From contig OX597836.1 in NCBI GenBank assembly GCA_951406725.2, forward strand, positions 18,538,001 to 18,602,000: a DNA stretch of 64,000 bases, in the 5' to 3' direction. Origin of the DNA: Octopus vulgaris. Taxonomy: Eukaryota. Each line of letters starts with the position of its first letter. The stretch's first letter is position 1. The notes beneath the pieces are model-generated. The model had not been told where the DNA came from and did no database searches. It saw nothing but the letters and a program-made list of their open reading frames with translations. Position numbers and translations under genes: made by a program. Positions 30,170 through 43,466 of this stretch are shown piece by piece.

Positions 30170-30554
30170 TAATAATAATGATAATGATATCAAACATAGA
30201 AGACATTGGAAGCAATATCGAAGTGCATTCACTGAGGTCCCTTTGATCACTCAGTTATGTCTGCAATGACTGTTTATCACTCCTGAAACCAGAAATCTCC
30301 TTTTTACTCCGGCCGCCATTTTCACAAGACGACAATGACGGATTATAAAATTGGCTTTACTTTCACTTAACATTCCGTCATTGTTGGATATCACTTCTGT
30401 CTAGCAGTGACACATTGTTGTTCTTCTATGATGATGTATAGAGATATGGGGCAGGCGCCGGGGCGTGTGAGTGTATGCGTGTGGAGTTTATATACGTTGG
30501 GGTATCAGTGTGTATGTCTGTGGATATTTACGTATGGGTGATTTGGAATTAGTA

Positions 30555-30757
30555 TGTATGTGTGTGTTTTTATGTATCTGTGTGTGAATGTTTGTATGTG
30601 TGAATTTGAATGCATACGTGTGTGTCGGTGTGCATGTAGATGTATATGTGCGTGTGTGTGTGTGTGTTTATGTATCTTTGTGTGAATGTTTGTGTGTGTG
30701 AATTTGAATGCATACGTGTGTGTCGGTGTGCATGTAGATGTATATGTGCGTGTGTGG
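30555..30757 (+). repeat. Tandem duplication, 98-bp period, 2 copies
   Basis: aatttgaatgcatacgtgtgtgtcggtgtgcatgtagatg at 30603 and 30701. Confidence 0.85.
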
Positions 30758-30810
30758 ATTTGTCAGTGTGGGATCAGTGTATGTGAGTATGAATGTGTGT
30801 GTGTGTATTT

Positions 30811-31172
30811 GTGGACGAGTGTGAATGTTGAGTGTGTATATATATAAATGTATGTGTTTGTGTATGAGAGAAGGTAAGTGAACTCGTGTGTGTGTATGAA
30901 ATTGTGGACGAGTGTGAATGTTGTGTGTGAATATATATAAATGTATGTGTTTGTGTATGAGTGGAAGTAAGTGGATTCGTGTGTGTGTATGAAATTGTGG
31001 ACGAGTGTGAATGTTGTGTGTGAATATATATAAATGTATGTGTTTGTGTATGAGTGGAGGTAAGTGGATTCGTGTGTGTGTATGAAATTGTGGACGAGTG
31101 TGAATGTTGTGTGTGAATATATATAAATGTATGTGTTTGTGTATGAGTGGAGGTAAGTGGATTCGTGTGTAT
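30811..31172 (+). repeat. Minisatellite, 93-bp unit, about 4 copies
   Basis: gtggacgagtgtgaatgttg at 30811, 30904, 30997 and 31090. Confidence 0.9.
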
Positions 31173-31820
31173 GTGTGTGTGTGTGTGTGTGTATGAGATT
31201 GTGTACGGGTTAGTCAGTGCATATGCATATGTGTATGTGTGTGTTAATGTTTGTGTGGATGTGAATGGTGAGCGTGTGTGGATGTTCATGGCAATGAGTG
31301 TCTGGGGTGTTTGTGACTATAGATTTGTGTGGCTGTGAGTGTATGTGGATGGGTGCATGTATGGGTGAGTGTGCGGATGTGTGCGTGTATGGGTGAGTGT
31401 GCGTGTGTGTTTGCGTGTGCGTGAATATATGTGTATGGATCTGAGCGCGTGTATAGATTTGTGTGTTTGTGTGTGTTTGTATTGTTTGAACGTATGGGTG
31501 GGTGTGTATGCGTGAGTATGTATGTACATACGTGTATAAATGTGTATGCACGTGTGGACGAATATAGGCATATGTATATGTGGTGCACATGTGTGTATTT
31601 TTATACATGCATGTGCGTATGCGTTGGTGACTTGACTATTTGTGTAAGTGGTGGTAGAGCGTGTATGTATGTGTGCATGTGTGTAGCCCTGAATATTTGT
31701 GTATTTACGTGTGTGTGTGTGTGTGTGTGTATAGGAATGAGCATGTGTATGTGTGAGCGTGTATATGAGCCGAGATGAGAGTGCTTTTATGTATGTATGT
31801 GCATGCGTGCGTATGTGTGT

Positions 31821-32027
31821 GTGGTGGTGGTGGTGATGGTGGTGGTGGTGATGGTGGTGGTGGTGGTGGTGTTGGTGGTGTTGGTGTTGGTGGTGGTGGT
31901 GTTGGTGGTGGTGGTGGTGGTGGTGGTGGTGGTGTTGGTGCTGGTGCTGGTGCTGGTGCTGGTGGAGTTGGTGGTGTTGGTGTTGGTGGTGGTGCTGGTG
32001 CTGGTGCTGGTGCTGGTGCTGGTGGAG

Positions 32028-32077
<50 letters not shown>

Positions 32078-32088
32078 GGTGGTGGTGT
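31821..32088. repeat. (GGT)n/(GGTGCT)n/(GTT)n tract
   Basis: Directly visible. Confidence 0.95.
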
Positions 32089-32328
32089 GCCGATGTTACT
32101 GGTGTTTGTATCGAGGGTAGGGGTAGTTGTGTTAGTGGTATTGTCTATGTTGATGATGGTCGAAATAATGAAGTAGAAATTGAAGCCGAAGTAGTGAGGG
32201 GGCGGGGTAGCGCTGATTGATTATTGATTTTGCGAGAGGAAGGCGGCCATATATCTTATTAAAAACAAGCATAGATAACAATAAGTAAACAAACATAAAT
32301 AATCCCAAAATACTTACATAACACCATT

Positions 32329-32378
<50 letters not shown>

Positions 32379-32574
32379 CATCAGCTGCAGTATCATCATC
32401 ACAATCCCTATAAAACCAAAACAAACAACACATTTACCGCCAACATTGTGGACAGCACCACCATCATCATCGTCGCCAACATAGAGCCACCGAGCTAGAT
32501 ATCCTCTGAGTAGTGTCTTGATCTGCTAGAAATAGCTGTTATATACCATAAAATCATATTCTGCCACCTAAGTA

Positions 32575-32768
32575 AGAGTGGCTGTGTGGTAAGTAGGAGT
32601 GACTGTGTGGTAAGTAGCTTGTTTACCAACCACATGGTTCCGGGTTCAGTCCCACTGCGTGGCATCTTGGGCAAGTGACTTCTACTATAGCCTCGGGCCA
32701 ACCAACGCCTTGTGAGTGGATTTGGTAGACGGAAACTGAAAGAAGCCCGTCGTATATATGTATATATT

Positions 32769-32854
<86 letters not shown>

Positions 32855-33097
32855 TGTCTGTCTGTCTGTCTGTCTCTGTGTGTGTGTGTGTGTATGTTTG
32901 TGTGTCTACGTTTGTTCCCCCAGCATCACTTGACAACCGATGCTGGTGTGTTTACGTCCCCGTAACTTAGCGGTTCGGCAAAAAGACCGATAGAATAAGT
33001 ACTAGGCTTACAAAGAATAAGTCCTAGGGTCGATTTGCTCGATTAAAGGCGGTGCTCCAGCATGGCCACAGTCACATGACTGAAAAGTAAGTAAAAA
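32575..33097 (+). mobile_element. Full-length SINE family B with duplicated ~20-bp head and internal (TA)n(TG)n
   Basis: gagtggctgtgtggtaagt is repeated. Contains a MIR/CORE-like cttgggcaagtg and the tail ccagcatggccacagtc...tgactgaaa. Confidence 0.9.
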
Positions 33098-33400
33098 GTA
33101 AGTAATACGTTGTAACATGTGGTCCTGAATTTCCTGCAACTCTGGGGAAACGGGAATGTCTCGGCTGGAAAGCTGTTGTTCTGCTTGATTAGTGTTCGTT
33201 TGGGTTTAGAGAAAAGCTGCTACAGCAACACCATCAGCAATGAGGGCGACAACGAAGAAGCTGTTGGGCGTTCACTTATCTGCTAGAAATAGATCAAAAT
33301 ACTCCTTTGCAATCTCAGCCTTACTGCCTTGAAACAAAAACGACGATGGAGTTTCAAGAAAAAAAATGATGGGATACTTATGACGATGGTGTGCACAATC

Positions 33401-33557
33401 TGGCGGAGCAGTAAGAAGTTAGCTTCCCAGGGTCATTGTCTTGGGTTCAGTCCCACAGCGCGGCACATTGGACGACTGTTTTTTAGTCTAGCCTCGGGCT
33501 GACCAAATCATTGTGATTGGATTTGGTAGAGGGGAAACTGAAAGAACCCCGTCGTAC

Positions 33558-33619
<62 letters not shown>

Positions 33620-33814
33620 GTGAGTGAGTGTGGCCACTTTACAACTGATTTTGGTGTGTTTAGTCCCCGATTCTTCAAAAGTAATCGATAGAATAAGTAC
33701 CAGGCTATAAAAAAGTACGTCCCCGGGTAGTTTATTCGACTAAAACCTCTTCAAGGCGGTTCCCCAGCATGGCTGCAGTCTAATGACTGAAACAAGTAAA
33801 AGAATAAAAGAATA
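33401..33814 (+). mobile_element. Older SINE family B copy
   Basis: Collinear but diverged match to 32595-33097. Confidence 0.8.
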
Positions 33815-34459
33815 TATCAAGTCTCCGCTGGAGCAAGCAACGACGACGACACTAATATTGTCACAGTTAAGCAAACCATGAATAAAGCTCTTGTCTCAAT
33901 TATAACAAAACTCCTCTCTTTCACATTTAGTAAGAGCACAAAATAAAATTTCTTGCAATATTGGCCCTAAATTTCGGCAGCCTAAGGTTTTCCTTCCTCG
34001 ACTGTTAGCAAACTGGCCAGGGTCTTCCTTTTATATAGTTAATTCAATAATACCAACTACTCTTCACTTTGACCTTTATGCTCTTCTAAATGCTTGTCTA
34101 AATAAATTGATTTCCAAAGTGAAATTAATACAGCCAAAACTTTTAACAGCTACACCCCTAACAAATTTAAGACTCAGCACAATCACCATGCTTTCTCGTT
34201 CACACACACACATACACAGATGAATATATATGTGTGTGTGTGGGTGTATGTATGTACATCGTACTTCGCTATACTGTGGAAATCGACGACACTGCGGTGT
34301 CCATCATCAGAAAGTCTCTCGGATATATATGTCTGTACGAGATGCTTTCTGAAGACGAATACTGATTCCGTCGTTAATAACGAATATACAAATGTGTGCG
34401 CGTGTGTGTGTGTGTAAGTGTGTATGTGTGTGTGTATGCGTGTGTGTGTGTGTGTGTGC

Positions 34460-34505
<46 letters not shown>

Positions 34506-35144
34506 TATATCGCTTCTTACTACGAAGTTACATACTTTTATACGAATATCTGACAATGGTAGGTTACATTGATTGGTTTCTGACAGAATTTGATGGATGG
34601 ATGGATGAGGGTGTTCAGAACGTTGTTGATGACTTATAATTCATCACTTTGTTTATTCTCCAAATATAAAGCTGTCATCCGGGAAACGTATTTAATTTTC
34701 AATAACATACTTCGTTGAAATATGGGCGAAACTTTCTCTACTCCCTGCTATAATTATTCTTCTAAGAAACCAGTCACCAAATCAGCATATGACATTGCAA
34801 ATTTGTCCCCATATCTGTGCCCTTTATTCGTCGATATTTCGATATTTATCTCATACATAGATACACCTATTATGTGTGTGTGTGTGTATGTGTGTGTATA
34901 CAAATGCATATTGCTACAATAAATATATGTATAAATATATAGGGATATATTAATCTCCATATCAAAAGTAAATAAAAATATATCAGAATATAGTCATACT
35001 CCTATAAGAAAAATTGAATATGAACACATATTCCTATTATACACAAACACACACACGTATATATATATGTGAGTGTGTGTGTTTGTGTGCGTGTGTGCGG
35101 GTATGTGTGAGTGTATGTATGTATGTATATATATATATATATAT

Positions 35145-35484
35145 GGTGACCCCCTTCGGTCAGACACTGACCATGGGTTTGCACCTAGAGAGTTACCCTC
35201 TGAGGCACAAGTCTGGGCAAGGTTGCTTTATGGAAGACCAGCAGTCGCCCATGCATACCGGCCTCCCCTCTCCACGTCACCGATGTTGTCCAAGGGAAAA
35301 GCAAAGGGGCCGATACAGCTTGGCACCTGTGACGTCGCAACTCATTTCTACAGCTGAGTGAACTGGAGCAACGTGAAATAAAGTGTCTTGCTCAAGAACA
35401 CAACACGCAGCCAGGTCTGGGATTCGAGCTCACAACCTCACGATCGTAAGCTGGACGCTCTAACCACTGAGCCACGCGCCTTCA
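35145..35484 (-). mobile_element. Full-length tRNA-derived SINE family D
   Basis: Minus-strand head ggcgcgtggctcagtggttagagcgtc...gagctcgaatccc followed by ttgtgttcttgagcaagacac. Inserted in (TA)n. Confidence 0.85.
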
Positions 35485-35607
<123 letters not shown>

Positions 35608-35611
35608 CATA

Positions 35612-36050
35612 TATATAATATTAATTAGAGACAAAACCACTATTTTGCAAATCAAACAAAGAAAGACTTAATCCAATACATAAAAAAATTTAATATAAAT
35701 AAAATAAAATTAAATTCGCCACTACAATTGTTTCGTGTCTCTTCAAAGGACATTCATCAGGTGGATTTCAGATCTTCTATTCAATTTTAACTTAAATTGA
35801 ATAGAAGATCTGAAATCCACCTGATGAATGTCCTTTGAAGAGACACGAAACAATTGTAGTGGCGAATTTAATTTTATTTAATTTATATTAAATTTTTTTA
35901 TGTATTGGATTAAGTCTTTCTTTGTTTGATTTGCAAAATAGTGGTTTTGTCTCTAATTAATATTATATAATATCTTACTATAAAATTGGATTCAATCCTA
36001 AATCTGATTTTTCCCTGTAAATTTGGATTTATTCCCTAATATTTATTATA
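35612..36050. mobile_element. Palindromic PLE-pLTR-like element: 176-bp arms, 6-nt loop, ~80-bp unpaired tail, in (TA)n
   Basis: 35612-35787 is the reverse complement of 35794-35969 with 1 mismatch. Loop taactt. Confidence 0.9.
35817..35862 (+). ncRNA. Minimal type I hammerhead ribozyme, canonical core (mirror copy on minus strand at 35719-35764)
   Basis: CCAC CUGAUGA a-UGUC-cuuugaaga-GACA-c GAAA CAAUUG UA GUGG. Palindromic ACAAUUGU and GUA triplet. Confidence 0.88.
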
Positions 36051-36153
36051 TACATATATATATATATATCATATATATATATATATGCTTTATTTATGAA
36101 GAAATATAATACAAGCTGTTACTCAGAGTTATATATATATATATATATATATA

Positions 36154-36338
36154 GGAAGAGTTTACGAAAAAAGCAAAAGACGAAGACAGGTGGTGTACAA
36201 AACTAACAGATGTATTAGTATAACGCTCAGGAATAGAAAAAGTATTTTACGTTTCGAGCCTACGCTCTTCTACAGAGAGGGACACAGAAAAAAAACAAGG
36301 AGAGAAAAAACGAGAGAGAAAAATGTGTGTAGTGGCTA
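36154..36338 (-). mobile_element. Short repeat with hammerhead-like motif (A6U core) at 36243-36279; same family as 56202-56330
   Basis: Minus strand: CUGUAGA A GAGC-guag-GCUC GAAA CG UA. Flank is the reverse complement of 56231-56325. Confidence 0.7.
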
Positions 36339-36920
36339 GTATGAATGTATTTACGTATCTACATATGTATGTATGTATATGAATTTAATATGGAAACTGT
36401 GCAAGAGAGGAAGATGGAGAATATTTAATGCAATGTAAGCATTGCTGTCGACGGCACACACTGTAGATATAGTTTCACGGAATGTATCTCCATGCAACTA
36501 TATAGCTTCGTTATCTTTTCAAATATATTGAATACCTACATGTGCGTAGCTGATATTTCATGTCTAGTGCACGACTAAAGGTGCAGTGTGACTACTAATA
36601 TGCGTCGTGTACAGGTTGGTGCAGTAACACTGTTTCTCGACATGCATATCTGGTATAAATAAATTTATGTACCTGTGTGTGTGTGCGTGCGTGTGTGTAT
36701 GTGTGCGTGTGTGTGTGTATGTGTGTGTGTGTGTGTGTGATTATATGTATATATGAATATAGAAAGAGATAGATAAAGGGACAGTGCGACTAAATATATA
36801 TATACATATATATGCATGCATATATATATATATTTATATATTTATATATATATATATGGAGAGAGAGAGAGAGAGAGAGAGTTAGATAGATAGATAAACA
36901 CATAAATATGTGTGTGTATA

Positions 36921-37009
<89 letters not shown>

Positions 37010-37339
37010 TCACACACACATGCACACACAGATATGGCGATGCATATTCAAAATATAACTTAGTACATTTTTATTAAACACATATGCTCATAGATGAAGA
37101 GTCTATATATATATATGTCAAACATATATATATATATACATGCATATATAAATACATACATATATAAATAAATACATACATACATATATATACACTCACT
37201 TACAAACACACTCACGCACGCAAATATGTATTTATGGTACTATAATAATAGTGCATGCGCATGTAGACAGGCATACGCCTCTATTTGTAAGACTGTATGC
37301 ACATGTGTATAGATATATGAATTCATACATATATATATG

Positions 37340-37720
<381 letters not shown>

Positions 37721-38240
37721 AATGTATATATATATATATGCATGTAAATATGTATGTATGTATATATATGTATATACATATATAAATATATATATATATA
37801 TTACTGCCTGTCTATTCATGTGTAAATAATTGTACGTACCTGTGTGTATATATATTCGCATAACCAGTAGATATAATTTAGCTTATAAATTTAGAGAACG
37901 AGAGAGAAAGAGAGAGAGAGAAGAGCGAAGGTGGTAGGGTGGGAAAGAACAAGTATTGTCTGTACAATTTGGCCTGGCTGTTCACAAACCATTGCAGAGT
38001 GCATTTAGTGTGCATCTAGAGCGTTCTTAATAGCTGGTTGTTAACTGGAATTTATCAAAGAGAATTTCTGTTGCTATTTCCAGGCGTCGACTGCTGCGGT
38101 GCTAATTTAGTCCTTCTTTAATCACTTGATAGCCTTCGGGCATTTATTTCCTTGCGTGTCTCTACAGCATACACACGCACACACATACCACACAAACCTA
38201 TATGCACATATACTAATGTGTATGTATGTATGTTGGTGTG

Positions 38241-38296
<56 letters not shown>

Positions 38297-38342
38297 AATA
38301 TATAAATATATATATATATATGTATATATGTATATATATATG

Positions 38343-38422
<80 letters not shown>

Positions 38423-38503
38423 TGAATAATTGTATCTGAATATATATATATATATATATATTTATATGCATATGTATATGAATCTATTGATTCACCAAAA
38501 ATG

Positions 38504-38554
<51 letters not shown>

Positions 38555-38557
<3 letters not shown>

Positions 38558-38757
38558 GGTGCAACGGGTAAGTTGTCGACATTTTATATTTTCAATTATT
38601 TTGCGCATGCACATTATTTTTTATTTTGTCGACTACGCAGTATAGTAGGGTCTGCTGGGCACCGTCCGTCACAAAAAACACCACCATGATGCATTTCAGT
38701 CTGCCAGAAATTTGGAAACGTCATGCTGTACTGTTTGGCCATCGCGCTGAAAGCTCT
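38555..38757 (+). mobile_element. Tc1/mariner-like DNA transposon left end (truncated)
   Basis: TA|CAGGGTG terminus at the end of (TA)n, followed by the ORF start MMHFSLPEIWKRHAVL. Confidence 0.55.
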
Positions 38758-38889
38758 GTTTGGCAATGCGCCTTCATCAGGTGTCTTGGGGAAATTTCGA
38801 ACCTGGGTTCTCATTCCTAAGTTATTTTTCGATGTTGTTGTTGTTATTATTATTATTATCATCATCATCATTATTATTATTATTATTAT

Positions 38890-39098
38890 TCTATGTTTGA
38901 CTTTTGCTTTATGTTTGTACAAGTTGGCTCTAAGTCTCACCCAGAGACCTCAAGAGACAACAGGCTGGAAGTTCACGTTGTTGTTATGCCTAGTGTGCCA
39001 TATATTTGGGTTTTTTTTTGTTGGTGTGTTGTACTAGTGAATGTCTAATAAATGAATTTTTTTTAAAAGTTTGTTTTAAAGCTTGGGATTACATAGAG
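38890..39098 (-). mobile_element. R4/Dong-type 3' end/UTR in (TAA)n
   Basis: Minus strand begins ...SM* and contains tcttgaggtctctgggtgagact. Both flanks are (TTA)n. Confidence 0.55.
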
Positions 39099-39154
<56 letters not shown>

Positions 39155-39166
39155 CATCATCATCAC

Positions 39167-39272
39167 GGCGGTGAGGGGGCAGAATCGTTATCAAGCTGGG
39201 CAAAATGCTCAACGGCATTTCGTCCGTCTTTACGTTCTGAGTTCAAATCCCGCCGAGGTCGATTTTGTCATC
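39167..39272 (+). mobile_element. SINE family C 5' part
   Basis: ggcagaatcgtta...acgttctgagttcaaatcccgccgaggtcga. Confidence 0.75.
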
Positions 39273-39394
39273 ATTTTGCAGTCAAAACTAGAGTCGATGA
39301 ATTGTATGTAAGCGCGTATGTAGTTGTGTGAATAAGATTTCCTCAACAGTTGAAGAGACAATAAACATATATGGATGGAAGCCAACTTTAAACC

Positions 39395-39785
39395 ACAGGC
39401 CTCATCTTCCATCAAAACCCTGCTTTTAAGGACCAAGCAACATTTACATTTCGACAGTTCAATTAATTAAAAAAGACCTCACTCGTGTCTCTAAAATATA
39501 CACATACAGAATAATTAGCTTAACTTTAACAGGCCTCATCTTCCATCAAAACCCTGCTTTTAAGGACCAAACAGCATTTACATTTCGACAGTTCAATTAA
39601 TTAAAAAATACCTCACTCGTGTCTCTAAAATATACACATACAGAATAATTAGCTTAACTTTAACAGGCCTCATCTTCCATCAAAACCCTGCTTTTAAGAC
39701 CAAGCAGCATTTACATTTCGACAGTTCAACCCTCACTCGTGTCTCTAAAATATACACATACAGAATAATTATCTTAACTTTAACA
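39395..39785 (+). repeat. Tandem repeat, 134-bp unit, 3 copies
   Basis: acaggcctcatcttccatcaaaaccctgc at 39395, 39529 and 39663. The third copy has an internal deletion. Confidence 0.92.
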
Positions 39786-40153
39786 AAAAGACCTTTTTAA
39801 CCGGCAACTGCATCGTTGAACCGGACTTATTGAACCAGAATAGAGAGAGACTAGAAGCGATTATTGGTTTATTCTCCTCGCTCATAGATCAATCAGCTTC
39901 TTCTACTGAACATCAATGCGGTTCTAAGAATATAAGATACCGATAACCTAGATCAGATGGTATGGTACCAGTAACCTAGATCAGGCGACTTTAATAGCGT
40001 AGATCAGATGACAGTTAAATAATGTGTGTTCCAGAGTAGCGAGGTCCCCTGGAGTTATACAGTTTCAAAGAGAACTTCATAAATTTATGCACACGCATGC
40101 ATCAAGACACACGCACAAGAATATACATATGTATATTTTTCTATGCCTGTATG

Positions 40154-40188
<35 letters not shown>

Positions 40189-40277
40189 TGTGTGTGCATG
40201 TGTGTGGATGTGTGGATGTATGTATATATTGGTACACATATAAACATATTAAACACATACATGTGCTTGTGCGTGTG

Positions 40278-40344
<67 letters not shown>

Positions 40345-40351
<7 letters not shown>

Positions 40352-40530
40352 TTAGAGACAAAACCACTATTTTGCAAGTCTTATTGATTAAGTCTTTCAT
40401 TGTTTGTTTTGCAAAATAGTGGTTTTGTCTCTAATAATATTTTATAATATTTTACTATAAAATTGGATTTAATCCTAAATCTGATTTTTTCCCTGTAAAT
40501 TTGGTTTTATTCCCTAATATTTATTATTTT
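40345..40530. mobile_element. Internally deleted sibling of the 35612 palindrome (33-bp arms, no ribozyme)
   Basis: Same outer arms (attagagacaaaaccactattttgcaa) and same tail (aatcctaaatctgatttt...ccctgtaaatttgg). Confidence 0.88.
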
Positions 40531-40673
40531 ATATATATATATATATATACATATATTTGTACACATAAACATACTCACACAGACAGACAGACACACACAC
40601 ACACATATATATATATGAGGAAATTTACATTTGCCAAATATAAATGAATGAATATCCTTTAAACTATACAAGA

Positions 40674-40873
40674 AGGCTGCAAGCTGGCAGAGTCGTTAGC
40701 ATGCCGGGCAAAATGCTCAGTCTTTACGTTCTGAGTTCAAATTCCGCTGAGGTCGACTTTGCCTTTCATCCTTTTGGAGTCGATAAATTTTAGTAACAGT
40801 GATACACTGGGGTCAATGTAGTCGACTTGGCCCACCCTCCAAATTTCAGGCCTTGTGCCTATAGTAAAACGGA
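40674..40873 (+). mobile_element. SINE family C with TSD
   Basis: Flanked by ctatacaaga at 40664-40673 and 40880-40889. Central gcctttcatccttttggagtcgataaa motif. Confidence 0.85.
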
Positions 40874-40899
40874 TTTAAGCTATACAAGATCGTTTGTGT

Positions 40900-41070
40900 C
40901 TGACTTAACGGAAAACTCTACATTATTCAACGCAGAGTTTATAAAATAATCTTTAAACGGCCATTCTGAGGGATATCAAGTTAAGACCTTGAAGAGACTG
41001 CATCGTTTTATAGTAGGGTTGCAATTTCAACGACTACTAAACGGTGCGATTGAAACGTGTTGGTTTAAAT
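40900..41070 (+). mobile_element. Solo pLTR fragment related to the PLE2 3' end, with hammerhead (U3, G8) at 40984-41066
   Basis: Homologous to the reverse complement of about 16660-16825. AGACC UUGAAGA GACUGCAUCGUUU...AAACGGUGCGAUU GAAA CGUG UU GGUUU. Confidence 0.75.
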
Positions 41071-41318
41071 GGCGGGATATAATTAATATCGTCTATATAT
41101 AAGTATAGAGATAAGTAAATCTGTCAGCATATACATATCAATATTTATTTTTGCTTGCAATAGCCGGTTCTTTTGGTCAAACTTTCGCATTTCCAGCTGC
41201 TTCAGATATCAAGATATCAAAGATTGTCAAAATATAGTATGGAATGTTGCATCTATTTTTTGCTATGGAATGGTGCAACTATCTTTTCGTTTTCTGAAAA
41301 AGCATATGTATACATATG

Positions 41319-41354
<36 letters not shown>

Positions 41355-41461
41355 TGTATGTATATATATATATATATCAGTGCGAATGGTTTTACAATCT
41401 TGTGAATAATAATAATAGTATTTATATAAGCTGACAGCTTATATGAATACCATTATATATA

Positions 41462-41497
<36 letters not shown>

Positions 41498-41529
41498 GAG
41501 AAAAGAAATAATTATATAATATCTGTGTG

Positions 41530-41590
<61 letters not shown>

Positions 41591-42000
41591 ATGTGTGTGT
41601 GTGTGTGTGTGTTGTGTGTGGACTAATGAGAAGATCATTAGCAGAATTTCAGAAAGTCTTTGGAGATGCTTACACGCATACAAATGTCCTTTCGCACAAT
41701 GCAGTGGAATGAATTTTGAGTAACTGTTAACATAATTTACTTCAAGGTATGGATGAGTTAAATTTACTTTAAACCTCCCCGTTCTAACAAGTACCAAGTA
41801 GATAGGTAACTCGTGTGCGCATGCTCACATTTTCGCGGATGCTTGTATGAGCGAGTGCACTCGCACCATGCAACTTGCCCGAGGGCGTTTATAATCTGTA
41901 TTTCTTAACAGTTAATTTTAATAATTATTTTCGTATATTGCGCATTCGTTTCTCTTTATTCCATGTGTGATCTTATTTTTGAACTTCTATGTAAATGATG

Positions 42001-42390
42001 GTGGAGGCGCAATGGCCCAGTGGTTAGGGCAGCGGACTCGCGGTCGTAGGATCGCGGTTTCGATTCCCAGACCGGGCGTTGTGAGTGTTTATTGAGCGAA
42101 AACACCTAAAGCTCCACGAGGCTCCGGCAGGGGATGGTGGTGATCCCTGCTGTACTCTTTCACCACAACTTTCTCTCACTCTTACTTCCTGTTTCTGTTG
42201 TACCTGTATTTCAAAGGGCCGGCTTTGTCACTCTCTGTGTCACGCTGAATATCCCCGAGAACTACGTTAAAAGGGTACATGTGTCTGTAGAGTGCTCAGC
42301 CACTTACATGTTAATTTCACGAGCAGGCTGTTCCGTTGGTCGGATCAACCGGAACCCTCATCGTCGTAACCGACGGAGTGCTTCCATTCC
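42001..42390 (+). mobile_element. Full-length SINE family A
   Basis: Perfect 12-bp TSD atgtaaatgatg at 41989-42000 and 42391-42402. Confidence 0.95.
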
Positions 42391-43339
42391 ATGTAAATGA
42401 TGATATTTCCCGCGTCTGGGTAAATTTTTATTGCTAACCAATGAGATTTCAACCACGCCACTGACCGGCCATGCGTTAGAAAAAGCTATCCAAAAGAGGC
42501 TCAAGTTTTTTTCCTCAAGCTATTTTCTTCTAGAGATTTATACGCTCAAACGGTGATTGTCTACAAATTGTCTTCTATTTAAATTACTCGTGCGTAAAAA
42601 TCTCTGCTGTTACCGTTTTCGTACGTTCTCCCTGAAAAATAATTTAGTTAATTTTCATTTTTGTTCATTCTGTGTGTTTGAAGTCAGTTTTGCACATATG
42701 CCTAAAAATTGATTTCAGAGTATTTCAATCTTCCCGTGCGTAAATATATTTGTCTTTACATTATTTGTACGTTCTCCCAACAAAAGATGTCTCTGTGCCT
42801 GTGTGTGAAGTACGTATACATTTCTAGTTTTCAACCGATTTTTACCACATTACTTATGTGCCAAGGATGGTCATGTACTATAGCATATTGCCCAGAGCTC
42901 CCGCGTAAAGCGAGAAACCGTGGAAAACAGTGTTCTACACGGGTTTTTCTCTAAAGACTGCTGTTCTTCGTTTTCTGTCTCCAAATTTTTTGCACTCAGT
43001 GTATTAAAATTTTCTGTCGTTACCGAAAACTTGACTGTATTTTACGTTTTAGAGATCTTAAATTTCAATATTCTTTATTTTTTATATATATTTTCATATA
43101 TTTCAAGTCGTTATACACTCATATATTTCAAATTTCTAAGAAAAAATGTTCTTTTTCTCTATTTTTGCGATATATTTCTCTATTTGTGACATATTTCAAA
43201 AAATATTTTGCACGTTTTTGTGAATTTTGGTACGTTCTTCAGATTAACGTAAAAATCTTTTGTAACTAAACATAAAAACAAACTTTAATAAATAAATATA
43301 TATATACATATATACATGTATATATACATACACACATAG

Positions 43340-43466
<127 letters not shown>

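Noticed and set aside
34285-34372. Imperfect inverted pair tcatcagaaag... / ...ctttctgaaga resembling two hammerhead 5' halves
   Set aside because: No properly placed GAAA or helix III on either strand. At best an ancient remnant.
38771-38835. gacacCUGAUGAagg on the minus strand
   Set aside because: Truncated after the start of helix II, so only half a motif. Similar halves at about 48697, 44705 and 59720 were not counted.
39395-39785. CRISPR-like array (also considered for 30811-31172)
   Set aside because: Whole units are repeated with no unique spacers, and the context is eukaryotic.
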